Shown: positions 28,434 through 40,981, counted from the whole stretch's first letter. The stretch is 62,094 nt of DNA, filler included, from Anaerolineae bacterium (GCA_029262755.1; 6 parts of 6 records of this genome joined end to end with filler, not necessarily neighbours in it), one strand, 5' to 3'. Translations and numbers: made by a program. Notes: generated from the letters alone by a model not told the origin.

Positions 28434-31400
28434 CTAGCGACCGCGTAGCGCCAACGGTACGAAGAGTCGGATGGTCGCCGCCGGAGGAGACGTGGGCTCA
28501 CGGGTCGCCGACGGCCCGGCTTCCATCGTCGCGCTGCCGTCCGGCGGGGAGGGTAGGGAGGCGGTCGCGGCCGTAGTCGCGATCCCCGGCGAGGGGGTCG
28601 TCTGGACCGGCGTCACCGTGGGCGTTCGTCCTGCGGCGACCGGCGTGCTCGTGACCGACGCGCGAGGAGCCGCGGTCGGGCTGGACGTCGGGATCGTCGC
28701 GGGCGTCGTCGTGGGGACCGGGGTTTGTGTGGGCGTGCTGGAGTCAGGCGGTGACGTGGCCGTCGCGCTCGCCGGAGGACTCTGCGTAGGCGCAGGAGTG
28801 GGCGTTTGGGTGGCCGTCGACGTCCTCGGCGACGGCGTTTCCGTCGGCGTAGGACTTGGGGTCTCGGTGTTCGGACTCGGGTGCAGCGTCGCTGTGCCCG
28901 GGGCCTCCGTCGGGGATGCAGGGCTACTCGTTGCCTCGACCGTTGGCCCCGGCGTCGCGGTCGACGGAAGGGGCGCCGGTGGCCCCGGCGGGACGGTGAT
29001 GATCTGCAGGTCGTTCGCCGGTTCGTTGTCCGGATATAGCAGGAGGGCGCGGGGCGCCGGTCCGTCGGCGGGTGGGACGGGCGCGGTCAACGAGAGCAGC
29101 GCTTCGCCGCCGGATGGCACCACGAGGGACGGTGGATCGAATATGAATGGCGGTTGGCCCTCGTTGAACACGAGCGCGCGCGCACCGCCGAGGGCGCCCA
29201 CCCCATCGGCCCTGGAACCCTCGAAGCGGTTCTCTAGCTCGAGCGCCGCCTCGAATACAACCGGCTCACCCGGCGCATATCCCAGCTGTGCAGCATCGAG
29301 CCTTAGCAAGAGCCAGCGCGCGTTGATGTCGACACCGGCGATTGCGTGCTCCTGCGTTGCGCCGGCTCCGACCGGATCTACGAACGTGCGGAGCTGCCCG
29401 TTCCAGACCATTGTTCCCCCGCCTGCCTGAAAGCCGGCGTCTTGCATCTCGGCCACGGCGTCAACCTGACCGTTCAAATCCGTGTCGAGCTCCAACGTGA
29501 GGTAGCGATCGAAGGGCGAGCGTCGCGCGGCGACCGTGTGGACGAGCAACTCGACGATCCGTGCACCCGGCGGCGATGCCTCCTCGGGCGGAATCATGCG
29601 ACCGCCCACCCAATCCACATCCAGCCACGAAGCGACCCCGCCCAGGTTGTCCTCGCCCAGCACGCGGTACACGACAACGCGGCCCGATTGGCCGCCATCG
29701 TTGCGCAGCACGAAGGGCGGCGACCCCAGCTCCGTCGCGCCGTCGCCGGCGCCGAGCGACGCATCGATGCTCGAAGCGCCGCGTGCGAATACCGTGAGCG
29801 GAACGTGTTGTCGCTCCGCTTGGGAAAGCACGTCGCCCGCAGCGTCGAGCTCCTGGATACGCAGGAAGGCATCGTGTTCCGGTTCATGCAGCCGGCCGTC
29901 GCCGTTCATCGCCGCGTCCCCGTCCCCGACCTCGTAGGCGCGCATCGCGGCTGCATCGCCGTCCAGCTCGACGCGCACCGTGGTTTGCTCCCCGGCGGCG
30001 AGCGTCACCCGCTCCGGTAGAACGCGGATCCCGATGCCCGAGGCCCCGTCTGCCGCATCGGGATAGGCGGCGGTCAGTGCGAATTGGCGGGTTTGGCCGG
30101 ACAGGTTGCGGATGGTCACGTCCGACTCCGCGTGCCAGGTGTCCGCGAACGCGGCCACACCAAAGTCGAGGCTCACGATGGCACCCGTTCGCGCGAGGAG
30201 ATCCGTTTGCACGGCACGTCCAAGGTCGACGCGTCCGGCGCCCGCCCGTGCGATCGGAGCACGGACACGGTCGGTGGCGTCGCCACGCCATGCGGGGGCT
30301 GCCGTGCCGACAAGGACAGCCATCACATCGCGTGGCCCAAGACCCGCTCCGCCGGGTGCGATCCGTCCGGAGTCGCCCATGCGCTGCATCAGGACGGCCG
30401 CCGCACCGGCAACCACGGGGCTGGCCATCGAGGTGCCCGACTGGACGACGGCGCCGCTCGTGCTGGCAACACGCGGGGCCACGATGCCCGATCCCGGTGC
30501 CGCGATGTCCGGTTTGAGACCGCCATCACGACTCGGTCCGCGGCTCGTAAATCCGGAGACGACGTCGATCACGCTCGTTCGAGGCAGCGCGTCCAGGAAG
30601 GCGGGCGACAGCTCGGCCTCGACGACGCCCGATGCCGCACGCGCCGCAAGGTCCAGCCCGGCCCCATGCGCGATCATGAACGCGGGAATGGGCACGGAGC
30701 CAAGGTCGCTGCCCATGGGGATGACGCCACGACCGTCGTCGTAGACCAGCGCGGCGACGGCTCCTTCTTGATGAGCACGTGTGAGCTTCTCGTGGAAGGT
30801 GCATGTGCCGCGGGCGATCAACGCCACGCGTCCGGTCACGGCGGCGAGGCTGGTATCCCCGACGCAGGCGCGGCCGAGATGCGCCAAACGGGCGCGCACG
30901 TTCCCGACGGCTCCGATCGGCCGGGCGAGGCTGGCGTCTGCTTGCACGGCCTCCAAGTCTTGGCGGTTGGGGGCTTCGTGAATGCGCACCAGATCGCTGA
31001 CCTCGCCCGGGCCCACCGTGCTGGCCACCGAGAGCACGCCGGGTTGGACGGAGGGTCCGCCCGTGACGAAGGCCACGTCGCCGTCGTTGCCCGCGGCGGC
31101 GACGACCACGATGCCGGCTCGCTCCAGCCGATCGAAGCTGCCGAGTCCGGCGAGCGCCGCGCCCGTCCATGGTGTGCCGAGGCTGAGGTTGATCACGTCG
31201 GCCGGTGCGGGCGTCCCCGTGACGACGCCGCCCAGGCGCGCCTCCAACACCCACTCCAGGCCCTCCAGCAGCAGGTTGGTGCCGCCGGAGCGGCCAAAGA
31301 TCTTCACGGCCACGATCCGGGCGTCCGGTGCGATGCCCTGCGGCACCGCTTGGCCTGTCGCGCCCGCGGCGATTCCGGCGACATGCGTACCGTGGCCGCC

Positions 31401-31960
31401 TTCGTCCCACGGGTCGTCGTCGGGGCGCGGCGCGCCGGCGCCGGGGTAGGCGCTGCCCGCCAGATCGACGCCGCCCACGACCTTGACCGTGGGGAATGTA
31501 TCCGGCTCGACCACGTTCGGGTCGTTTTCCGCATAGCCTCCCGCGCCGCCGAAGCTGCGATGAGTGTAGTCGACGCCCGAGTCGATCACCGCGATCGTGA
31601 TGCCGCGCCCGGTCCAGCCGAGCGCAGCGGCCACATCGGCGCCGATGTGCGGCGCGGTGTTCTGCAGGGCGAGCGGCCTTGCGGCGGGCGCCTCCAGGCT
31701 GCGCGCCGGCTGCAGCGAGGGCACGGGCCACACGTGCGCGACGTCCGCGCGCGCTGCGAGCTCTTCGATCGCGCGCCGCGGTGCGCGTACGTGCAGGGCG
31801 TTGGCGACGGTGTCCAAGGCCGCGATCACGGTCCCGCCCGCGTCATGCACGGCGGCGTGTAGCGGTGCTTGTTCGGCGCTCAGGTCATGGGCGTGGCGTG
31901 CCATCCGCGCGCGGGATGCACGTGTCGTGACCGCGGCCGGTGGGTTACCCGCCGGCAACC
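28434..31960 (-). CDS. S8 subtilisin-like peptidase with PA domain (Vpr-like), Thr/Pro linker and LFVPLALR tail; 5'-truncated
   Basis: Catalytic triad VIDSGVD, HGTHVAG, SGTSMASP; AAGN oxyanion motif; PA motif ALIARGTCTFHEK. Confidence 0.92.
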
Positions 31961-32060
31961 NNNNNNNNNNNNNNNNNNNNNNNNNNNNNNNNNNNNNNNN
32001 NNNNTTAATTAATTAANNNNNNNNNNNNNNNNNNNNNNNNNNNNNNNNNNNNNNNNNNNN
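31961..32060. other. Artificial contig spacer
   Basis: N-TTAATTAATTAA-N. Confidence 0.99.
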
Positions 32061-32289
32061 GCAGTGCTTCGTCGAGACCACGACGACGATCGCGTAGGTC
32101 CCGGCTCTTGTATTGGTTGAGGCTCGCGCCGACTGAAGCGACGAGATTCGCAGGCAGCTGCGGTTGGGCTTCGCGCACCCAATGGGCAACGAAGCCCTCA
32201 AGCCCACCGATGACTGCCCGGTTCTGGAAGCCCTGCCTGCGCTCGAGCTCCAACACGCGCGTGAGCTTGGTCCACATTGGATGGGTCAT
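32061..32289 (-). CDS. recG: Probable N-terminus of DNA helicase RecG (3'-truncated)
   Basis: KLTRVLELERRQGFQNRAVIGGLE.F..W resembles, from memory, the N-terminal extension of Chloroflexi RecG. Helicase motifs are not in view. Confidence 0.55.
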
Positions 32290-32459
32290 CCGAACACGTT
32301 CCGATTCGAGCTTGGCTTGCCGGACTTCGCGCTGCGCAACGCATGCCACGGGCGGGCAATCGGAGCTATGGAACCGGGAAGCACGCCCTCGTAGGCGACC
32401 CCGTTTCCGGAGGATAATCGCCGCCTCACGGACCTGTCAATCGTTGGGAGTGCGCGCGA

Positions 32460-33134
32460 TCATTTGATCGCGGCGAGAAGGTCCGAGACGGCGTCCGCCA
32501 CCGACTTGCCCGCGGCGAAGACGGCTGAACCCGCAACACATTGCGAGGCCCCCGCTTGGACGGCGGCGGCGATGGTGCCGACCCCAATACCGCCATCGAC
32601 CTGCACCTGGCCGGGTAGGGATCGCTCGTCGAACAGCCTGCGCAAACGAGTGACCTTGGGTAGGACTTCCGGAATGAAAGCCTGACCACCAAAGCCCGGA
32701 TTGACCGTCATGACCAGCGCGAGATCCACCAAGTGAAGCACGTCCTCGATGGCCGAGGTCGGCGTGCTCGGATTGATCGCCGCTCCCGCCTCGATCCCCA
32801 GTTCGCGGATCCGTGAGAGCGAACGATGCAGGTGGGGCGATGCCTCAACGTGTACGGTCAACACGTCCGCGCCAGCCGCCGCAAACGCGTCGATGAATCG
32901 CTCCGGCCGCTCGATCATCAGGTGGACGTCAAGGCGCACGTCGGTTGAGGCCTTGAGCGCACGAACGATGGGTAGCCCCACCGTAATGTTGGGCACAAAG
33001 CAGCCATCCATCACGTCGATCTGCACCGTTTCGATGCCCGCCGCCTGCGCTTCTTGCACGTGTTCGGTCAGCCGCCCGAAGTCCGCAGACAAGATGCTCG
33101 GCACGATCTGCACGGACCTACTCGTCACGATCAA
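32460..33134 (-). CDS. rpe: Ribulose-phosphate 3-epimerase
   Basis: PSILSADF, DVMDG.FVPN, DVHLM, MTVNPGFGGQ, VDGG, VAGSAVF. Confidence 0.96.
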   Translation of the reverse strand: MIVTSRSVQIVPSILSADFGRLTEHVQEAQAAGIETVQIDVMDGCFVPNITVGLPIVRALKASTDVRLDVHLMIERPERFIDAFAAAGADVLTVHVEASPHLHRSLSRIRELGIEAGAAINPSTPTSAIEDVLHLVDLALVMTVNPGFGGQAFIPEVLPKVTRLRRLFDERSLPGQVQVDGGIGVGTIAAAVQAGASQCVAGSAVFAAGKSVADAVSDLLAAIK

Positions 33135-34284
33135 TCTCCTGCGCGTTTGGGGGGGACTCGTGTAGGGTCAGGGGAATCGTTCGTCCGACAAGACCTTCTT
33201 GGTCGCGCGCCCGAAGCTGACCGCAGCCTGCTTGAATCTCGATCCCGCGCCGCATGCGCAAGGTCGTCGGGATTCCGGCGGCACGCAACTCGTCGGCAAA
33301 GGCCGCGGCGGTATCGTAGCGGCTCGGGCGCATCGGGCTGCCCGCGGTGGGATTGAGCGGGATGAGGTTGACGTGTGCATGGATCCCAGTCAGGCGTTTC
33401 GCCAGCGCGCGTGCCTGCGAGAGGTCGTCGTTCCGGTCCCGGATCAGCACGTACTCGAAGGTGATTCGCCGACCGAGCGCGATCTGATAGGCCCGGCACG
33501 CGGCCAGAATCGCATCCAGCCCGTACACCTGGTTCACCGCCACGAGTTCGGATCGCAGCGCATCATCTGCGGCATGCAGTGAAACGGCGAGCCGGACCGG
33601 AAGGCCAAGCTCCTTGAGACGGTGGATGCCCGGCACGATACCAACGGTTGAGACCGTAAGTCGACGGGGACTCATCGCGAAACCGTCTCGGTCAATCAGG
33701 GTCTCGATCACCCCCCGTGTCGCCGGCCAGTTGGCCAAGGGCTCGCCCATACCCATGAATACAACATGGCTCAGGCGCTCGCCCGATGCGGCCAGGTGGC
33801 GCGCCGCGAACACGATCTGCTCGATACATTCGCCCCGACCGAGATCGCGTAGCAGTCCCATTTGGCCGGTCGCGCAAAAGACGCAGCCCATCGCACAGCC
33901 GGCCTGTGTGGAGAAGCACACGGTATGGCGTCCGTGTGGCACCTCACCGGGAACGATCTCGTCTTCGTCCGCGGGATCGACATAGTGCATGAGCACGGAC
34001 TCGATACTCTGCCCGTCTCGCAGCCCGAACAACCACTTGACCGCCAAACCGTCCTCCGCATCTTCACTGCGCAGAGGGCGAATCGTCGATCCGGTCACCT
34101 TCTCAGCAAGCGCGTCGCGCAGTTGCGTCGGCAGGTCGGTCATCGCGTGCGGATCATCGACAAAGGCGCGGTACAACCAGCGCCAAACCTGGCGCGCCCG
34201 GTACGCGGGCTCGTCGAGCTCCGCGAGCACGGAGCCGATGGCCGAGCGGTCGAGATCGTAGAGCGAGGGGCGAGGATCGTTCAC
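33118..34284 (-). CDS. rlmN: 23S rRNA/tRNA m2A methyltransferase (radical SAM)
   Basis: CFSTQAGCAMGCVFCATG, MGMGEP, SLHA, EYVL, HVNLIP.N, AGCGQL. GTG start 6 nt after TGcTATGAT. Confidence 0.95.
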   Translation of the reverse strand: MNDPRPSLYDLDRSAIGSVLAELDEPAYRARQVWRWLYRAFVDDPHAMTDLPTQLRDALAEKVTGSTIRPLRSEDAEDGLAVKWLFGLRDGQSIESVLMHYVDPADEDEIVPGEVPHGRHTVCFSTQAGCAMGCVFCATGQMGLLRDLGRGECIEQIVFAARHLAASGERLSHVVFMGMGEPLANWPATRGVIETLIDRDGFAMSPRRLTVSTVGIVPGIHRLKELGLPVRLAVSLHAADDALRSELVAVNQVYGLDAILAACRAYQIALGRRITFEYVLIRDRNDDLSQARALAKRLTGIHAHVNLIPLNPTAGSPMRPSRYDTAAAFADELRAAGIPTTLRMRRGIEIQAGCGQLRARDQEGLVGRTIPLTLHESPPNAQEIDRDE

Positions 34285-34530
34285 GGCCGGATCATAGCAG
34301 CAGCGAACCGATCGCCCGCGACGGCTGTTTGATCCCACCGAGTGCCCGCAACTCGCCCCGAGAACATGGGGCATGCGTCGGGCGCGCGTCGGGCACCAGG
34401 CGGCGCGACGATGCTACCATTGCCCGTCGCCCCCCTGTACGGCCCTACGCGGCCGGAATATTCTGCGCAGTGAATCGTTGGCACCGCAAACGACGCCGCG
34501 CCCCCGCCCCGAAAGGCAGGTCGCTTGACC

Positions 34531-35475
34531 ATGGATCAACCTTCGATTGCCCGCAAGGTAATGGAAAACGTAGAGCGCGTCATCGTCGGCAAGCACGATG
34601 AGGTGGAACGGCTGTTGATCGCGCTGCTTTGCCGGGGCCACGTGCTGATCGAGGACGTCCCCGGAGTCGGCAAGACCGTCTTGGCGAAATCCCTGGCCCG
34701 CAGCCTCGGCTGCACCTTCAGCCGCATTCAGTGCACGCCGGATATTTTGCCGAGCGATATCACGGGCATCTCGATGTACAACCAGAAGACAGGGGAGTTC
34801 GAATATCGTCCTGGACCGATCGTCGCGCAGGTCGTGCTCGCCGACGAGGTCAACCGGGCGACGCCCAAGACGCAGTCGGCCCTGTTGGAGGCCATGGAGG
34901 AACGCCAGGTCACCGTGGACGGCAACACGAGCCCTTTGCCCGACCCGTTCATGGTCCTCGCCACGCAAAACCCGATCGAGTACGAGGGCACGTTCCCGCT
35001 TCCCGAGGCCCAGCTTGACCGCTTCTTGGTGCGCGTCAATTTGGGCTACCCGGACGCGGAAGCGGAGGTGGCCCTCTTGGGTCAGCAGCGCGAGGAGCAT
35101 CCGCTCGATTCGCTGAGCCAGGTCGTTTCCGTCGAGGAGGTGCTCGCCTCACAGCATGCGGTGCGCCAGGTCTACATCGACGACCTCATCAAGCGCTACA
35201 TCGTCGACGTCGTCGGGGCGACCCGTGAACACCAGGACATCTATCTGGGCGCGAGCCCGCGCGGGAGCCTTGCACTCATGCGCACGGCGCAGGCGCATGC
35301 AGCGCTGCGTGAACGTGACTACGTCGTGCCGGACGATGTGAAGGCGATGGCGACCTCCGTGCTTGCACACCGCATCATCGTCAGCCCGTCGGCCCGCATT
35401 CGCAACATCGAAGCAGCGAGCCTCGTGGAGGAGGTCGTGGGCCGGGTGGCGGTTCCCGGCGCGCGGGTCAACTAG
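34531..35475 (+). CDS. MoxR-family AAA+ ATPase
   Basis: [52 protein letters not shown]. Confidence 0.95.
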   Translation: MDQPSIARKVMENVERVIVGKHDEVERLLIALLCRGHVLIEDVPGVGKTVLAKSLARSLGCTFSRIQCTPDILPSDITGISMYNQKTGEFEYRPGPIVAQVVLADEVNRATPKTQSALLEAMEERQVTVDGNTSPLPDPFMVLATQNPIEYEGTFPLPEAQLDRFLVRVNLGYPDAEAEVALLGQQREEHPLDSLSQVVSVEEVLASQHAVRQVYIDDLIKRYIVDVVGATREHQDIYLGASPRGSLALMRTAQAHAALRERDYVVPDDVKAMATSVLAHRIIVSPSARIRNIEAASLVEEVVGRVAVPGARVN

Positions 35476-36723
35476 ATGCTCGGCGCCTTGTTGGCTGTCG
35501 CCGCCGTCATCTCCTTCGTGCTCGGCATCTGGTTGCGCAGTTCGCTTCTGATCCAGCTGGGCTGGACCCTCGGTTCGGTGGTGGTCTTAGCGCGCGCGAT
35601 TACGTGGGCGTCCATCCGCTGGGTCGATCTGGAACGGCGGACGCGGGCGGGCCGCGCCGAGGTCGGCGGCTTGGCCGAAGAAGTCTTCCGATTGCGCAAC
35701 CGCGGCTGGCTTCCGAAGTTGTGGATCGAGGTCATCGACGACAGCGACCTGCCCGGCCATTTGGCAAGCCGCGTCGTTTCCGCACTCGGTCCGAACCGCA
35801 ACCGTACGTGGACGGCGCGCACGACCTGTCGCCAACGAGGGCTGTATACGCTCGGGCCTGTCACCTTGTTCGGCGGCGACCCTCTCGGCCTGTTCCAAGC
35901 CGAGCGTCACCTGCCTCAGACCGCACCGTTCACGGTGTATCCTCGCACGTTGCCGCTGCGCGAAGTCGATCTGCCCTCGGGATATTTATCCGGTGGCCAG
36001 GTGGTGCGGCGAAGGGCGCAGTACACGACGACGAATGTACGGACTGTGCGCCCGTACGAGCCGGGCGACGCGATGAACCGCATCCATTGGCCGACGACCG
36101 CCCGGCGCGGCGAGGTGTACGCGCGGGAGTTCGAGTTGGATCCCGTCGCGGACTTCTGGCTGTTGCTCGACCTGCACCAGGACTCGCATACGGAGTCCGC
36201 GGCGGACGATGCTGGTCCGGTCGATACGACATTGCCATGGCTGGACGACAGCCCGATCGAGTTGGCGCCCACGACGGAAGAGTATGCGGTCACGGCAGCG
36301 GCAAGCTTGGCACGCCACTTCCTGGACCGTGGTCGCTCCGTCGGTCTCATCGCGCACGGGCAGCGCAGAGTCGTGGTACGGCCGGATCGCGGCGAGCGGC
36401 AGCTGCATAAGCTGCTCTCCAGCATGGCGGTGCTTCGGGCCTTCGGACGAACCCGAATCGATGAGGTTCTCTCGGCAGAGACCAATGAGTTCACGCGTAA
36501 TTCAACGCTGGTCATCGTTACGCCGACCACGAGCCTGCGCTGGATTGAGGCGGTCCGGGCGCTTCGGCATCGCGGCGTGCGGGCACTTGTGATCTGCGTG
36601 GAAGCCAATACCTTTGGCCCAGCCGCAAGCAGCCTGCCCGTCGTTGGCGCCCTGGCCGCCCACTCCATTCCCACCCGGCTGCTGAAGCTCGGCGACGATA
36701 TTGCGTCTGCGCTCGGCGGTTGA
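35476..36723 (+). CDS. DUF58-domain protein
   Basis: N-terminal TMs, RG.Y.LGP, VRPYEPGD..RIHWPTTAR, REFE; abuts the MoxR gene. Confidence 0.9.
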   Translation: MLGALLAVAAVISFVLGIWLRSSLLIQLGWTLGSVVVLARAITWASIRWVDLERRTRAGRAEVGGLAEEVFRLRNRGWLPKLWIEVIDDSDLPGHLASRVVSALGPNRNRTWTARTTCRQRGLYTLGPVTLFGGDPLGLFQAERHLPQTAPFTVYPRTLPLREVDLPSGYLSGGQVVRRRAQYTTTNVRTVRPYEPGDAMNRIHWPTTARRGEVYAREFELDPVADFWLLLDLHQDSHTESAADDAGPVDTTLPWLDDSPIELAPTTEEYAVTAAASLARHFLDRGRSVGLIAHGQRRVVVRPDRGERQLHKLLSSMAVLRAFGRTRIDEVLSAETNEFTRNSTLVIVTPTTSLRWIEAVRALRHRGVRALVICVEANTFGPAASSLPVVGALAAHSIPTRLLKLGDDIASALGG

Positions 36724-36966
36724 GTTTCCGGGTCGTGCAACCGCAACACCGGTTGATGGTTTTCGAAAGCACATGGCAAAGACAGGAGCCCGGTTCGGCA
36801 GCGGGTCGGAAGTGGGCCTCCGTAGAGGCCGAGGGTTTGCGACCGTCACGTACCCGCTACTGTCGCAGCCCAGAGCGCTGTGTTATCCTCCCGCCGCCCC
36901 GTTCTGTACCGTCCCCCTAGCGGCCTGCCGCGCGACCTGCCCTTCGACTGCCTTAGGAGTTCCTGC

Positions 36967-37971
36967 ATGACGAGCGCCCCGGATCGCAACCTCGCCATGG
37001 AGTTGGTCCGTGTCACGGAAGCGGCGGCCCTTGCGGCCGGTCGGTGGATGGGACGCGGTGAGAAGAATCGTGGCGACAAGGCCGCGGTGGATGCGATGCG
37101 CATCCTGCTGTCGACGGTCAGCATGCAGGGAGTCGTGATCATCGGTGAGGGGGAGAAAGACGAAGCCCCCATGCTCTACAACGGCGAAGCAGTTGGTGCG
37201 GGAACCGGTCCCCGGGTCGATGTAGCCGTCGATCCCATCGACGGAACCCGGCTGCTGGCGGAGGGTCGGCCGAACGCGATCGCGGTGGTCGCGGTTGCAG
37301 AGGCCGGCACGATGTTCGACCCAGGCCCCCTGGTGTATATGGACAAGATTTGCGTCGGTCCTGCTGCGGCCGGCGCCATCGATATCCAAGCGCCCGTCGA
37401 GCACAACCTGCGTGCAATTGCCCGAGCACATCGCAAGGATCTCGACGACCTAACCATCGTGATTCTCGATCGGCCGCGCCACGAGCAGTTGATCGCCGAG
37501 GTTCGTGCCACGGGCGCGCGCATCAAGTTCATCACCGACGGCGACGTCGCGGGTGCGATCATGGCCGCGTATGAGGGCACGGGCGTCGATGCGCTGATGG
37601 GTGTTGGGGGCACGCCGGAAGGCGTGATCACCGCGTGTGCGATGCGTTGTTTGGGCGGCGAAATCCAGGGCAAGCTCCATCCGCGCAACGAACAGGAACG
37701 CACGGCGGCTTTGGATGCAGGCTACGACCTGGAGCGCATCCTTGGCACGGGCGATCTGGTGAACTGCGACAATGTGTTCTTCGCCGCCACGGGTATCACG
37801 GACGGAGAGTTGGTCCCCGGCGTTCAGTATTCGGGCGATGGCGCGCGCACGCACTCGGTCGTCATGCGCTCTCGATCGGGCACGATACGACGGATCGAAG
37901 GCCGGCACCGATGGGACAAGCTCATGACCATCAGCCAAGTGGCGTATGACAAGGCGGAGGCGGGAGCCTAG
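36967..37971 (+). CDS. glpX: Class II fructose-1,6-bisphosphatase
   Basis: [52 protein letters not shown]. Confidence 0.96.
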   Translation: MTSAPDRNLAMELVRVTEAAALAAGRWMGRGEKNRGDKAAVDAMRILLSTVSMQGVVIIGEGEKDEAPMLYNGEAVGAGTGPRVDVAVDPIDGTRLLAEGRPNAIAVVAVAEAGTMFDPGPLVYMDKICVGPAAAGAIDIQAPVEHNLRAIARAHRKDLDDLTIVILDRPRHEQLIAEVRATGARIKFITDGDVAGAIMAAYEGTGVDALMGVGGTPEGVITACAMRCLGGEIQGKLHPRNEQERTAALDAGYDLERILGTGDLVNCDNVFFAATGITDGELVPGVQYSGDGARTHSVVMRSRSGTIRRIEGRHRWDKLMTISQVAYDKAEAGA

Positions 37972-37998
37972 CCCGGCCCCGAACATCCCATCGAACCT

Positions 37999-39279
37999 AT
38001 GGCAGCAATCCCTGCGGAGCCTCACGTGCATGTCGCCGAGTTGGAGAGCAAGTCCCTAACCGAGTTGCGTGCGATCGCGCGAGAGCTGGAGCTGACCGGC
38101 TTCAGTCGCCTCAAGAAGAGCGATCTCGTGCTGCACTTGATGCGCAACGACGCCGAACAACAGGGGCTCGTCTACGGCGGGGGAGTGCTTGAAATCATTC
38201 CAGATGGCATCGGCTTCCTGCGCCGCACGAACATGCGCGCGGGTGAGGACGACGTTTACATCTCGCAGTCCCAGGTACGTCGATTCTCCCTTCGCACGGG
38301 CGATCTGGTGATCGGTCAGGTTCGCCCGCCGAAAGAAAACGAGAAGTATCGGGGCCTGTTGCGGGTCGAATCCGTCAACGGATTGGCCCCGGAAACTACG
38401 AAAGACCGGCCGCGCTTCGAGGATCTGACGCCGATCTTCCCGGAAGAGCATCTCCATCTCGCAACTTCTTCCGAGATCATGACCACACGGCTGATCGATC
38501 TGCTCGCGCCGATTGGACGCGGCCAGCGAGCGCTCATTGTGTCGCCGGCGAAGGCGGGCAAGACCACCGTGCTCAAGCACATCGCCCACGGGATCACGGC
38601 CAACCATCCCGACGTGCTCATGATGGTTGTGTTGATCGGCGAGCGTCCGGAAGAGGTGACGGACATGGATCGGTCCGTCGAGGGCGAGGTATACAGCTCG
38701 ACCTTTGACGAACCGGTGATCGACCACGTACGCGTTGCGGAGATGGCGCTGCAACGGGGTAAGCGGCTCGTCGAGCACGGCTTGGACGTAGTCATCCTCC
38801 TCGATTCCATCACCCGTCTGGCGCGGGCATACAACTTGGTCGTGCCTCAGAGCGGCAGGACGCTCTCCGGCGGCCTCGATCCCGCGGCGCTGTTCCCACC
38901 CAAGCGCTTCTTTGGCGCTGCCCGAAACATCGAGTTCGGCGGCAGCCTGACGATCGTGGCCACGTGCCTGGTTGATACGGGAAGCCGTATGGACGATTCC
39001 GTCTATGAAGAGTTCAAGGGCACCGGCAACCAGGAACTCGTGCTCAGCCGCCGCTTGGCGGAACGCAGGGTGTATCCGGCCATCGACATCGAGCGCTCGA
39101 GTACCCGCAGGGAAGAGTTGCTGCTGCCCGAAGATTCGTTGCAGCGCATCTGGCTCCTGCGCCGGATGATCGACATGCTCGGCGGCGGCAACGAGGCGGC
39201 CGAGGCGGTCATCGACAGGCTGCGCAAGTCCGATGACAACGAGGCGTTCCTTGCCACCCTCAACCAAGAGGGCGCCTGA
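37999..39279 (+). CDS. rho: Transcription termination factor Rho
   Basis: [51 protein letters not shown]. Confidence 0.98.
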   Translation: MAAIPAEPHVHVAELESKSLTELRAIARELELTGFSRLKKSDLVLHLMRNDAEQQGLVYGGGVLEIIPDGIGFLRRTNMRAGEDDVYISQSQVRRFSLRTGDLVIGQVRPPKENEKYRGLLRVESVNGLAPETTKDRPRFEDLTPIFPEEHLHLATSSEIMTTRLIDLLAPIGRGQRALIVSPAKAGKTTVLKHIAHGITANHPDVLMMVVLIGERPEEVTDMDRSVEGEVYSSTFDEPVIDHVRVAEMALQRGKRLVEHGLDVVILLDSITRLARAYNLVVPQSGRTLSGGLDPAALFPPKRFFGAARNIEFGGSLTIVATCLVDTGSRMDDSVYEEFKGTGNQELVLSRRLAERRVYPAIDIERSSTRREELLLPEDSLQRIWLLRRMIDMLGGGNEAAEAVIDRLRKSDDNEAFLATLNQEGA

Positions 39280-39358
39280 CGGGTCGCGCGAAACGGTCTT
39301 GCCGGGCCCCGGACCATCGGGCTAGCGTAGGGCGGGCGTCGGGTGACCGCTGCGTGAT

Positions 39359-40681
39359 TTGGCCGACTCCGGATTGACGGCGCGGCAGGCACCCCCTACC
39401 GTTCCGCCCGCCCCTGACGTCTTTACCGTGCAACATGGCCCCGTGCAACATGGCCGTCCGTCGCCGTTGTCATCCGGAGCGAATACGCTGAGCACGTCCT
39501 CAGAAAACCGTACCGCAGCCTCGCGGCGTACCGTTTCGTCGCTGCTCGCGGACGCCCGACGCCATACGCGCGCCACGGTGCGCCTCTTGCGCGTCGACGC
39601 GCCGACGATGTGGCGGATGGCGTCCCACGGTGTCGTGCTAGCCCTCTCCCTGGGGATTGTGGTCACGGGCCGCGTGCTCGCCGCAGAAAACGCGATCCGC
39701 GCGGCCGAAACGGGTCCGGGCGCAGCGCGGAGCTTGCTCCCCACCGGCCGCACGAGCCTATTCCGGATGCCGGAACCGGTCGTGGGTGATGCGGCGTTGA
39801 GCTCGGCACCGATACAGGAGCAGGCGTCGGTAGCCCTGGCGGCCGTAGGGTTTATGTCTCCCGGCGTCATCGCCGAGGCCGATCGGTCGCTCCTGCCTTG
39901 GGACGAGCCGCAGGCCTACGTCGTGCAACAAAACGACACCCTGTCGGGCATCGCGTCGAGCTTCGGGCTCGCGCCGGAAAAACTACTCTATTACAACCCC
40001 GACTTGCGGGAAGACCCTCACAATCTTTCCATCGGCGATGAGCTTACGATCTTGCCCGTCGAAGGCGTCGTGCATGTGGTCGAAGAAGGCGAGACGCTTG
40101 CTTCGATCGCCAAGACCTATGAGGTCGGCATCGCAGCGATCCTGGGGTACGAACCAAACGGGCTCGCGCCGGGGGACGAAGTGTCGGTCGAAGACCGGCT
40201 GGTCGTGCCGGGCGGCGAGATCGAGGTACAGATCGGCACCTACCTTCCTCGCTTCAAGAGCTTCCCGACCTGGGCCGTCGCAGGCGCGACGGGTCAGGCA
40301 GCCGGTCCGGCCAGCTTCCACATCTCCACCTTCGGCCGCCTGACCCAAGGGTATTGGAGCCGTCACGGCGCGGTCGATCTCGCGGCGCCAACCGGGACGC
40401 CGATCTATGCCATCGACAACGCAGAGGTGGTTTCGGCGGGTTGGTTGGGCTGGGCCGGCAATGCGATCATCCTCGACCACGGCAACGGATATCGTTCCCT
40501 CTTCGCGCACATGAACTCCATGAGCGTTCGGCAGGGCCAGAACGTCCAGCGCGGACAGATCATCGGCACGGTCGGCTGTACGCGGGGCTATGGGGGACGC
40601 TGTACGGGGCCGCACCTTCACCTCGAGTTGTACCGCAGTGGGGTTCCGGTCAATCCCTGTGCCTACGGCGCATGCCCATAG
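39359..40681 (+). CDS. LysM-LysM-M23 peptidoglycan endopeptidase
   Basis: Two LysM motifs (YVVQQNDTLSGIA, HVVEEGETLASIA), HGAVD and GPHLHLE zinc motifs. True start probably downstream of 39359. Confidence 0.88.
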   Translation: MADSGLTARQAPPTVPPAPDVFTVQHGPVQHGRPSPLSSGANTLSTSSENRTAASRRTVSSLLADARRHTRATVRLLRVDAPTMWRMASHGVVLALSLGIVVTGRVLAAENAIRAAETGPGAARSLLPTGRTSLFRMPEPVVGDAALSSAPIQEQASVALAAVGFMSPGVIAEADRSLLPWDEPQAYVVQQNDTLSGIASSFGLAPEKLLYYNPDLREDPHNLSIGDELTILPVEGVVHVVEEGETLASIAKTYEVGIAAILGYEPNGLAPGDEVSVEDRLVVPGGEIEVQIGTYLPRFKSFPTWAVAGATGQAAGPASFHISTFGRLTQGYWSRHGAVDLAAPTGTPIYAIDNAEVVSAGWLGWAGNAIILDHGNGYRSLFAHMNSMSVRQGQNVQRGQIIGTVGCTRGYGGRCTGPHLHLELYRSGVPVNPCAYGACP

Positions 40682-40981
40682 TCTGATTCGTCCCAACAAT
40701 TCGCGAACCTGTGAAACCAGACCGCGCGCGTGAACGACCATCCGGACGTGAACGCGGTTCGACGGACGGCTTTGAGTCCCGAAGGTCTCACAGTTATCTA
40801 TTTTTCCAGTGCCATCGATGCCTATCCTTGCAGAACCCGTACGTTCTGCAAACCGGCCGCAGCTATCCGCGGCATGCATGTTATCTGCTATGATTAGGCT
40901 TCGAATCAGCCTCGGGAGCCCGGTACCGGATGAATGTTCTGTCCGTACACCCGGCTCCTTTCTTTTGTTTGGAGCGGTGGG

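Noticed and set aside
32292..32301. GAAC-AC-GTTC upstream of recG as a LexA box
   Set aside because: The spacer is 2 bp rather than 4.
40828..40851. ttgcagaac-N6-gttctgcaa as a LexA box
   Set aside because: The spacer is 6 bp. It is a real inverted repeat but cannot be assigned.
40682..40981. rpsU or an RNA gene upstream of yqeY
   Set aside because: No S21-like frame or tRNA-like structure was recognisable.
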